This document shows, in pieces, positions 1 through 16,803 of a stretch of DNA of 64,000 bases. A program made the translations under genes and the position numbers. The stretch is from the human T2T-CHM13v2.0 reference genome, Homo sapiens. The notes under the pieces are model-generated. The model saw nothing but the letters and a program-made list of their open reading frames with translations. It ran no database searches and was not told the origin of the DNA. Location: the NCBI RefSeq assembly GCF_009914755.1, contig NC_060926.1. One strand, written 5' to 3'. Each line of letters begins with the position of its first letter. The first letter of the stretch is position 1.

Positions 1-2
1 TG

Positions 3-346
<344 letters not shown>

Positions 347-763
347 TTATAATTGTTGCTATATTCTATCAGTGTTCCACACTAATTGACATAAACTTTA
401 CAAATATGCTGAGTTGGCCAGGTGCGGTGGCTCACACCTGTAATCCCAGCACTTTGGGAGGCAGAGGTGGGAGGATTACTTGAGTCCAGAAGTTCAAGAC
501 CAACCAGAGCAAGATGGCGACACCTCCAACTACATTAAAATAAATAAATAAATAAATAACATTCAAAATCCTAACCTTTCCTTAAGGCATTGTATAAGCT
601 CACACCTGCCCTCTCTCAGTCACCACATCTCTCTCAATCACCAAACTCCAGCCCCATTGACCTCCTTTCTGTTCTTCCAGCATACCTTGTCCATCTTATC
701 AATAGCAATATGACACATTAGGTCAAATGTGTTCCTGAAATCAAGGTAGGTTATTATTTAAAG

Positions 764-935
764 CAGTAGCTCTCAGTCAAAAGTGGTATTGCCATTCTCA
801 GAGGGCTGGGAAATGTGTGGAGACTTTTTTGAGGACTGTCAAAATGACTAAGGGGATTGAATGGGTAGAGGTTAATCTCCATGAAACGTTAAGAATATCC
901 TATCTAAAATTCCAGTAGTGCTCCATGTAGAGACA
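764..935 (+). mobile_element. MER20-like hAT element
   Basis: CAGTAGCTCTCA start, then TGGAGAC, GGGTAGAGG and AAGAATATCC motifs in MER20 order. Confidence 0.5.
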
Positions 936-940
936 TTTAG

Positions 941-1366
<426 letters not shown>

Positions 1367-1922
1367 TAATTGTAATAGATATCACTTAATAAGCGTCTAC
1401 ATGTTAATTAACTAAACTTTAGTTTAAGTGCTTACTATATAGTGCTTTATATTTTACAAAAGAATTTAAAGTGGAAAAAGATATGAAAAAGGGCTTTTTT
1501 CATGGTAAAGGGTTAGAAGTTTGGCTTTTGGAAACAAAGCTAATTTTTAGGCTGGACGTGGTGGCTCACACCTGTAATCCCAGCACTTTGGGAGGCTGAG
1601 GCCAGTAGATTACTTGAGGTCAGGAGTTTGAGACCAGGCTGGTCAACATGGCAAAAACCCATCTCTACCAAAAATACAAAAATTAGCTGGGCGTGGTGGT
1701 GCATGCCTGTAATCCTAGCTACTCAGGAGGCTGAGGCATGAGAATTGCTTGAACCTGGGAGGCGGAGGTTGCAGCGAGCCAAGATCCTGCCACTGCACTC
1801 CAGCCTGGGTGACAGAGTGAGACTCCATGTCAAAAGAAAAAAAAAAGTTGGCCGGACGTGGTATCTCACACCTGTAATCCTAGCACTTTGGGAGGCTGAG
1901 GTGGGCAGATCACTTGAGGTCA

Positions 1923-2155
<233 letters not shown>

Positions 2156-2510
2156 TTAATGACAGATACAATGACATGGTAGAAATTCTACATATACATT
2201 TACATATTATATATATATTAAGGTGAACTCTGAATGTACAGATGCAAACTATTGTTATAAACTTAAACCAACCAAATATTATCCCCCACTCTGTGGAGTA
2301 TATCCTATGAACCCAGGTTCTTTGGGATATGTGAGAAAAACTAATGAACAAGTAGCATAAATATAAAACTATTAACAAAGAAGATCTAGAATAGAGAGGG
2401 ATTTGCTGCATAGTGGTTAAGGACTTTTACTCTTCATTCTATATAAAGGACTTTTGTTTTCTACTCATCTATTACTCATGGGATAACAAAAATTTTTAGA
2501 ACTGGTAGTC

Positions 2511-2864
<354 letters not shown>

Positions 2865-2991
2865 TAGCCTGAAAATATTAATAAATGTGCTTAAATATGG
2901 CACTAGAACTACAAAAGATTCACAATTAAAACATAAAACGAGTAATTTTGAGCAAAGAATGACAAATTGAGAAGGTGTTAATGAGGTACTA

Positions 2992-3285
<294 letters not shown>

Positions 3286-3415
3286 TTAAAAAAAAAAAAA
3301 AGGCGGACACGGTGGCTTGCACCTGTAATCCCAGCACTTTGGGAGGCCGAGGCAAGAGGATCACAAAGTCAGGAGATCAAGACCATCCTGGCCAACATGG
3401 TGAAACTCTGTCTCA

Positions 3416-3673
<258 letters not shown>

Positions 3674-4295
3674 TCACCTGAGGTCAGGAGTTCAAGACCA
3701 GCCTGACCAACATGGAGAAACCCCATCTCTACTAAAAATACAAAAAATTAGCCGGACGTGGTGGCACATGCTTGTAATCCCAGCTACTCAGGAGGCTGAG
3801 GCAGGAGAATTGCCTGAATCCGGGAGGCGGAGGTTGTGGTGAGGTGAGATGATGCCATTGCACTCCAGCCTGGGCAACAAGAGCAAAACTCTGCCTCAAA
3901 AAAAGAAAGAAAAAAAAAAAAGAAAGAAAAGAAAAAATACCCTGGATGTATACTCAGATACAATGAGTCAGAGATTAGTCTGGTATTTTGTCATTTATTT
4001 AATAATTATGCTTACTCAATTCACTTTATTGTAATTAACAATAAATAGCTGTCCAGTTATAAGAAGATGAAGTTCTCCCGATTAGGTAAACAGATTTAGA
4101 CCTCAGAATGGAACATTTTGCCAATAAAGCCACAATAACCAGTTAGTTTATTCTTGGGAAAAGTATATGTAATTTGGAGAAAGGCAAACTTCCTGAAAAC
4201 ATCCAAAATTCAGCAGACAACAAAAATCTGGTTAACTTGTTCCTGATTTGTTAGTACTATTCTTTTTTTTTTGTTTGTTTGTTTTTTTTTTTTGA

Positions 4296-4400
<105 letters not shown>

Positions 4401-4773
4401 TGAGTAGCTGGGATTACAGGCGCCCGCCACCACGCCTGGCTAACTTCTTGTATTTTTAGTAGAGACGGGGTTTCACCATGTTGGCCAGGCTGGTCTCGAA
4501 CTCCTGACCTTAGGTGATCCGCCCGCCTCGGCCTCCCAAAGTGCTGAGATTACAGGCATGAGCCACCGTACCTGGCCTAAATACCTTATTTCATATACCA
4601 CGTGAAATTTAAATTATACAAAACAAATTATAGAGGTACTTAGAACAGCATGACTATTTACATTAATCAACTTGCCGGCACTTCAACAGAATACAACATA
4701 GAAATGATTGTTTTAATATAAACATAAGCTTTGATTTGACATATACTTGTAGAAATTAATCAAACTTAGCTGA

Positions 4774-4932
<159 letters not shown>

Positions 4933-6109
4933 TGAGTAGCTGGGATTACAGGTGCCTGCCACCACACCTGGCTACTTTTTGTATTTTTAGTTGAGATGGG
5001 TTTCACCATGTTGGCCAGGATGGTCTCGAACTCCTGACCTCGGATCTGCCCACCTGTGCCCCCAGCAAGGTGCTGGGATTACAAGCATGAGCCACCGTGC
5101 CCAGCCTCCTTTCCTCTTTTTAACTCTTACTTTTATGATTTCTTTAGTGGATAAAAAGCTTTTAAAAAATAGGTTACAATGATATTACAGCTAACAAAAA
5201 ATAACATTTAAAAACACTAAATAGTATATATATGAAGTATTTATAATTATTTTAATATTGTAATAATATAGTGTGTTGTGATTTGAATTCATCTGCACGG
5301 AAATCGATTACTGTCCTTTCTTTCTATTTCCCTATATTTTCTTTCCGAAGGCGTCATCAACATTTTGGTTCTTTAATAGTAACCAAAACCCGAAATCATC
5401 TCGGTTCTCAGTATTTGGCTCTATGGGAACACCTTTTCTTTTCTCTCTTTTTTTTTTTTTTTGAGACGGAGTCTTGCTCCTGTCGCCCAGGCTGGAGTGT
5501 AATGGCACGATCTCTGCTCACTGCAACCTCAGCCTCCCCAGTAGCTGGGATTACAGGCATGCGCCACCACGCCCGGCTAATTTTGTATCTTTTAGTAGAG
5601 ACGGCGTTCCTCCATGTTGGTCAGGCTGGTCTCGAACTTCAAACCTCAGGTGATCCGCCCGCCTCGGCCTCCCAAAGTGCTAGGATTACAGGCGTGAGCC
5701 ACCGCGCTCAGCCTGGGAACACCTTTTCTTACATCTTCAAGTGCTAGAAATGCTTATGAAAACGAAAAAAGAATTATTAAGAGTAATTATAAAGAAACAC
5801 TCATTTTCTTCCCAAGAGAGCCAAGATTTCTTCTTTCCTCTTCTTTCTTTTTTTTTTCTTTCTAATTTCAAAGGAGTATAATTAAATTGCCAGGTAAAAG
5901 CTCAAAGGTCTTTTTTATAGTGTTCTGGAAGGTTCTCTGCCTGTGTTTGTATTTCCTTTAGCCTCCACGTTCCTCTATCCAGTTCCCGCACCCTTCCCCC
6001 CAGGCCCCATTCTTCAAGGCTTCAGAGCAGCGCTCCTCCGGTTAAAAGGAAGTCTCAGCACAGAATCTTCAAACCTCCTCGGAGGCCACCAAAGATCCCT
6101 AACGCCGCC

Positions 6110-6269
6110 ATGGAGACGAAGCACCTGGGGCGGGGCGGAGCGGGGCGCGCGGGCCCACACCTGTGGAGAGGGCCGCGCCCCAACTGCAGCGCCGGGGCTG
6201 GGGGAGGGGAGCCTACTCACTCCCCCAACTCCCGGGCGGTGACTCATCAACGAGCACCAGCGGCCAGAG
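6110..6269 (+). CDS. EPCAM: EPCAM alternative upstream coding first exon (METKHLGRGG...APAAR, 53 codons + 1 nt)
   Basis: GCCGCCATGG Kozak at 6104-6113. Donor GAG|GTGAGC at 6270. Phase 1 matches exon 2, giving a 342-aa product. Confidence 0.55.
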
Positions 6270-6539
6270 GTGAGCAGTCCCGGGAAGGGGCCGAGAGGCG
6301 GGGCCGCCAGGTCGGGCAGGTGTGCGCTCCGCCCCGCCGCGCGCACAGAGCGCTAGTCCTTCGGCGAGCGAGCACCTTCGACGCGGTCCGGGGACCCCCT
6401 CGTCGCTGTCCTCCCGACGCGGACCCGCGTGCCCCAGGCCTCGCGCTGCCCGGCCGGCTCCTCGTGTCCCACTCCCGGCGCACGCCCTCCCGCGAGTCCC
6501 GGGCCCCTCCCGCGCCCCTCTTCTCGGCGCGCGCGCAGC

Positions 6540-6615
6540 ATGGCGCCCCCGCAGGTCCTCGCGTTCGGGCTTCTGCTTGCCGCGGCGACGGCGACTTTTG
6601 CCGCAGCTCAGGAAG
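6540..6615 (+). CDS. EPCAM: EPCAM exon 1 CDS (signal peptide MAPPQVLAFGLLLAAATATFAAAQE)
   Basis: ATG at 6540, 76 nt, donor AAG|GTGAGG. Recognisable EpCAM N-terminus. Confidence 0.98.
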
Positions 6616-7279
6616 GTGAGGCGCGGATTGGAGCAGAGTTGTGGAGCTGGGCTGGGCTGGGGGGCAGCGGCCCCCGGCCCTCGGCCCCCGAAACGGGCAT
6701 AATAGGGAGGGGACCAAGAGGCCGCGCTTTCCAGCGTGGAGACCGGACGGTGCGGCCGTGCTCCGGCTCAGGCCCTCCGCGCGGTAGGAAACGGCGAGGG
6801 CCGTCCCGGGGAGCAGCCTCACTTCGCAGCTTTGCTCGCCTTGGTAGGGAAATGGCCTTGGGCGGAGGCGGGGGACAGGCAGGGAACGGAGTGGCCACGT
6901 CCAGGTTTCCTGCGGCCACCGAACCGGTGCCTCGCGCCCTGGCGCACCCACGTCCTCGGTTCGGGGTGGACTTGGGGTTCCAAAACAGCCCCAGCCGGTG
7001 GCGGAGTCTTTACGACAGGGACCAGCGGGCTCGCCCTTGTCCTTGCAGCGGGCCCCGGATGTGGGCCTCAGGCGGGGACAGGCGCCCGCAGGGAGGCCTC
7101 CAGGGCCGCTATGCACCTGCGCGCGGCAGGCGGCCCGGACCACACAGGGCGTGTGGGTGTTTTCCCTTTTCTAAGGATCATATGAGTAATGCCAGGCTTA
7201 TTGTAGGGAACGCAGAAATAATAACCGTAAAGAGTAAAAACATATAATCCCAGCATTTTGAGAATCCCATAATTAGTAA

Positions 7280-7433
<154 letters not shown>

Positions 7434-9588
7434 TAGAGTAGCTGGGATTACAGGCGCGCGCCACCACCCCCCGCTAATTTTTGTATTGTTAGTAGAGACG
7501 GGGTTTCTCCATGTTGGTCAGGCTGGTCTCTAACTCCTGAGCTCGTGATCCGCCCGCCTCGGCCTCCCAAAGTGCTGTGATTACAGGCGTGAGCCACCGT
7601 GCCCGGCCTATTTTATTTTTTTATTTGAAACAGCCTTGTTCTGTCACCCAGGCTGGAGTGCAATGGCAAGATCTTGACTCATTGTAGACTACGCCTCCCG
7701 GCCTCAGACCATCCTTCTGCGTCAGCCTTTATGCCTGGCTAATTTTTGTATTTATTATTTATTATTATTATTATTATTTTTGAGACAGAGTTTCGCTCTT
7801 GTTGCCCAGGCTGGAGTACAACGGCGCGATCTCATCTCACTGCAATTCAGGCGATTCTCCTGCCTCAGCCTCCCGAGTAGCTGGGACTACAGGCATGCAC
7901 CACCACGGTCAGCTAATTTGTATTTTTTGTAGAGAGGGGTTTCGCCATGTTGGCCAGGCTGGTCTCGAACTCCTGACCTCAGGTGATCCACCGACCTTGG
8001 CCTCCCAAAGTGCTGGGATTACAGACGTCAGCCACAGTGCCAGCCGAATATTTGTATTTGTAGAGACGACATCTCACTATGTTGCCCAGGCTGGTCTCGA
8101 ACTCCTGGGCTCAAGTGATCACTCCGTCTGGGCCTCCCAGAGTGCTGGGATTACAGGCGTGCATCACCACACCCGGCCTTAAAAACAAGATTTAAAATGG
8201 TGACTGGTATGTTGCACCGTTATTCAAATGTTAGACATGTAGTTTGATTTCAGTTTCTCTTAACTGTGGAATAAACAACTTGGCTGCCGTCTCTCTCTCT
8301 CTCTTTTTTTTGGAAACAGTGTCTCCGTCTGTCGTTCAGCCTGGAGTGCAGTGGCACATTTACATGTCACTGCGTCCTCCATTTCCCAGGCTCAAGCGAT
8401 GCTCTTACTTGGACCTCCCAAAGTGCTGGGATTACAGGCATGAGCCACCGGTCCGGCATCTCTTGGTTTATTTGTAAGATGGTGCCTAGAAGTGGAGTGG
8501 CGTTTGCCAAAGGTCTCTGGAAGGGCTTTTACACTTTCACCAATGGAGTGGCCTAAATTCAGTAATTATACTCTCAAAGTAATGCAGTTTTAGTCAACTC
8601 ATGTTTTTCTGGCTTCAATCTGGGACTACGTACTTAATGTTAAATTGCTTTAAAGTGGTCATAGCTGCTACAGGTTTGTGCTCAGAAAGTCTGCACCTGA
8701 CTGGTCTGATTTAAATTTTACGCCCCTTAGGTATGAACAGTGTGTTTTAAACAAGTACAGGATGGGGCTGCAGAAGATTTAAACGCTTGAGAACAAGTGC
8801 TGTATTTTCCCCTTTTGTGACCCCAGTATTGAGTTTAGTGTTGGGCAGATTAAAGGTGGTTCATATCGACTATAACTTGAACAGGGAAAAATTGAAATCA
8901 ACTTAGGGTACTTGGGATACGAAGGATCAATATAAAAACTCTGGTTTGTCATGCTAGCTTTTTCTTTTTTTTCCTCTTCAGTTGAACTGAGGAGATAGTT
9001 TTTGTTTTTAATGATTGTGCTCTTTTAACTAGACAAAAGGAATTAGATAGTCTTGCCTATTCGAAGTTAAATGAACTTTTGAGGTTGTTAAGGACAAAAC
9101 TATTAAACTGACATCAATAATACAGAATGGGCTGCTTAGTATCACTTTCCTTATCAGGTACTAGGATTTAATTTAGTTAGGAAACTCACTTAAAGGGAGG
9201 ACTATAACTGCAGTTGAAAGTGTAATTTTTCCAAGATATAAAATTGTTTAAAGATTGAATATATTCCTGTTAAGCCCCAAAGGAAACATCCCTCATTTAA
9301 GAAAATGGGGTGGGAGAGCAAGAGAAGGTGAGGATTCACAGATCCTAGAATTGGAATAGTTGATTTTTTTTTGTAAAAGAGGCGGTGACAGCCGGGCATG
9401 GTGGCTCACGTCTGTAATCCCAGCACTTTAGGAGGCCGAGGTGGGTGGGTTACCTGAGGTCAGGAGTCCTAGACCAGCCTGACCAACATGGTGAAAACCC
9501 GTCTCTACTAAAAATAGAAAAAAAAAGCCGGGCGCGGTGGCTGACACCTGTAATCCCAGCACTTTGGTAGGCCGAGGCGGACGGATCA

Positions 9589-9903
<315 letters not shown>

Positions 9904-10075
9904 CTAGAAATGATACTTGGAGAGCTGTGTTCTTGTTTTAAAAAAATTGTAACAGGAGGCCAGGCACAGTGGCTCATGCCTGTAATCCCAGCACTTTGGG
10001 AGGCTGAGGCAGGAGGATTGCTTGAGGCCAGGAGTTCAAAACCAGCCTGGGCAACATGGCGAAACCCCGTATCTA

Positions 10076-10231
<156 letters not shown>

Positions 10232-10234
10232 CTA

Positions 10235-10271
<37 letters not shown>

Positions 10272-10497
10272 AGGAATGCATGCAGATTAAACTATGTGTC
10301 TGTATACAGTATGCAAACTTTAGCAAGTGCCAGGCACTTAGGCAGTAGTCTATAGCTGAAAAATAAAACATTCAGAACCACTTTTTAAGGTTTTGTGTCC
10401 TTGTAACTTTAGGCATTATTATTACAATATAACTTAGCTGGGACATGAGAGTTAATAGATCCACATTTTAAAGTAGATTTTTTTTTTAATTTTCTAG

Positions 10498-10605
10498 AAT
10501 GTGTCTGTGAAAACTACAAGCTGGCCGTAAACTGCTTTGTGAATAATAATCGTCAATGCCAGTGTACTTCAGTTGGTGCACAAAATACTGTCATTTGCTC
10601 AAAGC
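10498..10605 (+). CDS. EPCAM: EPCAM exon 2 (Cys-rich N-domain, [14 protein letters not shown]...)
   Basis: TTTCTAG| acceptor, 108 nt, |GTGAGT donor. Confidence 0.98.
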
Positions 10606-10842
10606 GTGAGTAAAATATCCTAATTACCTGTAAGCTTTATTTTGACTTAATACTTCTTTAATTGATGTGCCTTGAGTTGGAAAGAGTTTTATTGGCTTAA
10701 ATCTGAATCATGTTACAAAGTAAGTGTGGGAACACATAAATTTCAAATAATCTTTGACCCTGGAACTTTAGAGTTAATTTTTTTTTTCCCGTAATCATGA
10801 AATCAGTTATTTTTCAGTTTGGCATTAAGGTTTCTTTTTCAG

Positions 10843-11083
10843 TGGCTGCCAAATGTTTGGTGATGAAGGCAGAAATGAATGGCTCAAAACTTGGGAGAAG
10901 AGCAAAACCTGAAGGGGCCCTCCAGAACAATGATGGGCTTTATGATCCTGACTGCGATGAGAGCGGGCTCTTTAAGGCCAAGCAGTGCAACGGCACCTCC
11001 ATGTGCTGGTGTGTGAACACTGCTGGGGTCAGAAGAACAGACAAGGACACTGAAATAACCTGCTCTGAGCGAGTGAGAACCTA
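10843..11083 (+). CDS. EPCAM: EPCAM exon 3 (thyroglobulin type-1 domain, ...[25 protein letters not shown]...)
   Basis: TTTTTCAG| acceptor, 241 nt, |GTGAGT donor. QC and CWCV motifs. Met115 allele (ATG 11001-11003). Confidence 0.98.
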
Positions 11084-11526
11084 GTGAGTGGGGCTGCCTA
11101 TACTACTTGTTTTCATGCTGTTCAGATTCATTTAATTAAATTTATTTTTGATTATGTAATATGATTTCATGGTTTAGAATTCAGAAGATATGAGTGTCCA
11201 GTGAAAAGCTTCCTTCTCATTCCAGTCCCCCTCGCTACCCATTGGACCTCCACAGAATTGATGTTATTGATTATTCTATAACCTTCCAGAGATAGTTGAT
11301 GAATTTGTTATATATCTGTTTTATTATTTTTACATAAATGATAGCATACTAGGTATAATTTTTCTTTTATATCTTTACTTAACATTATTCAGTATTTCAT
11401 TGTTGCATTAGTAGTAAATGTATGTAATTTAACCTATGTATTTGCTTATTGATTGTGTTTTAAAAGTGAGATATGCTTGTTTTAGGGATTGTTTAATGAA
11501 AAGGCACAGAAACCCACTCAAGCTAG

Positions 11527-11837
<311 letters not shown>

Positions 11838-12268
11838 TAATTTTTGTATTTTAGTAGAGATGGGGTTTCACCATGTTGGCCAGGCTGGTCTCCAACTCCT
11901 GACCTCAGGCAATCCACCCACCTCCACCTCCCAAAGTGTTGGATTACAGTTGTGAGCCACCATGCCCGGGCCTTTCATGCCTTTTCATCTTTTTAGTTGA
12001 ACAGGGCATGACACTGCCAGCTAAACTTTGACTTAATGTGACTTTATGTATTGTGTCCAGAGAACAGAGGGTCAATATTAGAAAAGGTGTTCCCTCCTGG
12101 GTGTGTCCTTTATGAAGGATGTGTAAGGGAAGAAATTATAGGAATAGCTACTGCATAAATTTTTTTTCTCTTAGTCCTTATAATTCGAGAATTTTAGGAT
12201 TAGCTTATTAGGAAAATAGTATGGAAGACTGAGTTATAGTCAACTGACATTGTCTTTTTACTTTATAG

Positions 12269-12334
12269 CTGGATCATCATTGAACTAAAACACAAAGCAA
12301 GAGAAAAACCTTATGATAGTAAAAGTTTGCGGAC
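12269..12334 (+). CDS. EPCAM: EPCAM exon 4
   Basis: TTTATAG| acceptor, 66 nt ([21 protein letters not shown]), |GTAAGT donor. Confidence 0.97.
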
Positions 12335-12711
12335 GTAAGTGCAATTAAATGCATCATATTCTTGCACAGTTGGTGGCTCAAATCTTCCATCCTACACCAT
12401 TAGAAAAAGCAAGTCTAAATGCTTTTTTATATTTCTGAAAAATAAAGTTACTTGAAATAGAGTTGCAAGAATAGCACAGAGATTCTGGGAATACACTTCA
12501 CTCAGATTCACCAATTAACATTTTGGCACATTTGCTTTTTATATGTGTATGTGTGGATGAATATGTGTGTGTGCTTTACATCAGTGTATCTATGCATGTA
12601 TAAATATTTTTCCCAGAAGCACATGAGAGCAAGTTGTAGACATCAGGCCCCTTTACCCCTAAGTACTTCAGTGTATGTTTTCCTAAGAACAAAAGGCATT
12701 CTTTTATATAA

Positions 12712-13019
<308 letters not shown>

Positions 13020-13173
13020 TGAGCTTCCGCGCCCGGCCAGGAAATTTAACGTTATATCACGTTGTGCCCATTTTCCCAATATTGTCCTTTGTAGTAATTT
13101 TTCCCCTCTGATTCAGGACCCAGTCCAAGATCCATGTATCACATTTAGTTGTCATGACTCTTTAGTCTCTTAA

Positions 13174-13531
<358 letters not shown>

Positions 13532-14048
13532 TGATCTGCCCACCTCAGCATCCCAAAGTGCTGGGATTACAGGCATGAGCCACCTCACCCGAGCCTTGAT
13601 GTTCCCTCTTAACTAAAAGCAGGTTATGCATTTTTGACAGGAAAACTACTTAAGCGATCTTGTGTCCTTTATAATACTTCACATTAGGAGTTGCATGATG
13701 TCAGCTTGTCCCTTTACTAGTAAAGTAAACTTTGGTTAAAGTGGTATCCACCAGGTTTTTCCACTGTGAAGTTACCATTCTCCCTTTGTAATCCATAAAT
13801 AATCTATGGGCAGATACTTGGATACTAAGTAAATGTTCTTTTTCTAATTAAACTGGTACCCAGCAGTTTGAATATCAATGGATGATTCCAGCCTGAATCA
13901 ATTATTATTATGATAGTTGCAAAATGGCAGAAAAATTTTAACTTTAATGACAGTTTTAGACCCTGAGCTGTCTGCTTAAAGAGTAGTGCTTCTTACTGTT
14001 GTGTGGTACAAACATTTTTTTTTAATACAGATTTTAAATTCTTTACAG

Positions 14049-14112
14049 TGCACTTCAGAAGGAGATCACAACGCGTTATCAACTGGATCCAAAATTTATC
14101 ACGAGTATTTTG
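14049..14112 (+). CDS. EPCAM: EPCAM exon 5
   Basis: TTTACAG| acceptor, 64 nt (ALQKEITTRYQLDPKFITSIL), |GTATGA donor. Confidence 0.97.
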
Positions 14113-14291
14113 GTATGATTTTTTAATAAGTGAGCTTTAGCAGACAGTTGGTGAGACAGTATGTTTTGAGTATAAGGACAGCCAGTGATTTAAGTGGTGG
14201 TTAAATGCACTTACTGGAGCAACAGTTTCGGATCTGGGTACTTAATGTGAATTTCCTGTTACTGTTTTTTTTTGTTTGTTTGTTTCTTTAA

Positions 14292-14435
<144 letters not shown>

Positions 14436-14709
14436 TAATTTTTGTATTTTTAGTGTCGGCGGGGTTTTGCTATGTTGGCCAGGCTGGTCTCGAACTCCTG
14501 GCCTCAAGTGATCTGTCTGCCTCAGCCTCTCAAAGTGTTGGGATTACAGGTGTGAGCCACCACGCCCGGCCCATTGTTTTTGGTTATCGTTGTTTTCCTT
14601 CCATAGCCTTTGAAAAGCCTAGTTTTACTCCTAAAGAAAACGTAGTATCTCTTAGTATCCCTAAAACATTTGAGTTTTCTTATCCTGGAGAACCTGTCCC
14701 TGTGGATGA

Positions 14710-14805
14710 GCTCCAGTAACATCTTAAAGTAAATATGCACCAAAATTACTTTTGGTAAATACAGTTTTGGTGCATATTTACTTTAGGATGTTACTGGAGC
14801 TCCCA
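14710..14805 (+). ncRNA. MIR559: MIR559 precursor hairpin in EPCAM intron 5 (mature about 14725-14745, TAAAGTAAATATGCACCAAAA)
   Basis: About 38-bp near-perfect inverted repeat GAGCTCCAGTAACATCTTAAAGTAAATATGCACCAAAA / TTTTGGTGCATATTTACTTTAGGATGTTACTGGAGCTC with one G-U pair. Matches the recalled hsa-mir-559 sequence. Confidence 0.9.
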
Positions 14806-15355
14806 TCTTCTCTGCTTTAAGGAACTAGTCCTTAACTAGTTAGCCCTTACTTAACTCTTTAAACTCTGGTTTAAAAAATAAAAAGAAGCTTGAATAGTGT
14901 GACGGAACTCTTTAAAGGTAGTATGAATTTATTCAAGAGTCTTTAGAAAGAATGTACTTTTTTTACTCTTTAAAAACAAAATGATGGCCGGGCACGGTGG
15001 CTCACGCCTGTAATCCCAGCACTTTGGGAGGCCGAGGCAGGTGGATCACAAGATCAGGAGATCGAGACCATCGTGGCTAACACAGTGAAACCCTGTCTCT
15101 ACTAAAAACATACAAAATAGCCGAATGTGGTGGTGGGCACCTGTAGTCCCAGCTACTCGGGAGGCTTGAGGCAGGAGTATGGCGTGAACCTGAGAGGCGG
15201 AGCTTGCAGTCAGCTGAGATTGTGCCACTGCACTCCAGCCTGGGCGACACAGCAAGACTCCGTCTCAAAAACAAAACAAAAAAACAACATGGAAAATGCA
15301 TGCTGCGTTTTACCTTGCATTTCTTTTTCTTTTCTTTTTTTTTTTTTTTTTTTGA

Positions 15356-15652
<297 letters not shown>

Positions 15653-15987
15653 TAGTAATTTAGTTTTAAAGTAGTTCTAATCCAAATAAAATACTTTCAT
15701 ATCTTATTTAAAAATCTTTTCAATATAAGAAAATTCTCTTAGGAAAAATTGTACATTGTAATTATGTTTGGTTGCATGGCTGTCTTATTTCCCTTTGATA
15801 GATTTAGAGACCTCCCAAAGATTTCTTGATTAGTGATAAACTTAGTTATCCACTAATGGAAAGGAACAGTGATGCATGTAGATTATAGAAAATCAAACAC
15901 TGAATATTCTGATTCTCAATTAATGTTATTTTCAAATGATTTTGATTATATTAGTATTAATTTGTATTATTCAATTTTTTTCCCCAG

Positions 15988-16089
15988 TATGAGAATAATG
16001 TTATCACTATTGATCTGGTTCAAAATTCTTCTCAAAAAACTCAGAATGATGTGGACATAGCTGATGTGGCTTATTATTTTGAAAAAGAT
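15988..16089 (+). CDS. EPCAM: EPCAM exon 6
   Basis: TCCCCAG| acceptor, 102 nt ([34 protein letters not shown]), |GTGAGT donor. Confidence 0.97.
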
Positions 16090-16803
16090 GTGAGTATCAT
16101 CTTCTTTATTCCTGTGTTCAGGAATGTAGTCTATCATGCCTCAATGAATTAAATATATTTCATCACCTTTTTATCCACTTACAGATCAACCAAATGGTTC
16201 GCTGCTGCCGTTAATTTTGTCCTCCCTGTCACTCACATGCATCTTGCTTGTTTGTATATTTATGCCTCTTATCAAATTGTTCTGCCTAAAATATCTCCCC
16301 TCTTTCTTATAATTCTTATTTATTATCTACTTGGTGGTTACTTAGTTTGTGCATATATGCTCCCCTATGATATTTATAATTTACACAAATAAAAGTCTGT
16401 TAAAAAAGACTGTAACTGATATGATTAAAATATTTTGTTGAAACTTTAATATATTATAGTGAGGTATTTTCTGCTGAAATATGAGGTTTGCTTCAAAATA
16501 ATCTGGGCGGGGGTGAAAGGATGAAAGGAAGAAAAGATGAAGTAAGAGAGGCTATGTGTTGTTGGCCTTGCATCTGGGTGATAGGTACATGGGCATCATT
16601 GCACTACTCTTTCTACTTTCGTGTATGTTGAAAGGTTCCTGTAATAAACAGTTTTTTAAAGTTCCAATAAATTAGATTGTTATCACTAAAACCATAAAGA
16701 TTCTTGGCAGCGGTTCTTTTGGCATACAATTTGTATGTAATTATATGTGGCCATGGTTGGTTTCCTTAAATATTTTTAATTCCTTTTCTCCTTTTCAATA
16801 CAG

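Larger units (their letters stand above)
5960..7150 (+). promoter_or_regulatory. EPCAM: EPCAM CpG-island promoter / exon 1 / 5' intron 1
   Basis: Very GC- and CpG-rich. GC boxes 6127-6138, ETS AGGAAGT 6047-6053, AP-1 TGACTCA 6240-6246, E-boxes CACCTG/CAGGTG at 6122, 6158, 6317 and 7114, GRHL-like AACCGGTG 6922-6929. Boundaries approximate. Confidence 0.9.

Noticed and set aside
6247-7247. Long ORFs on both strands (298 aa minus, 272 aa plus)
   Set aside because: Stop-codon scarcity in a GC-rich island. Only 6540-6615, and possibly 6110-6269, are exonic CDS.
10797-10842. ORF extension and upstream AG (10816-10817) before EPCAM exon 3
   Set aside because: Intronic; use of that AG adds 25 nt and shifts the frame. 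No support.
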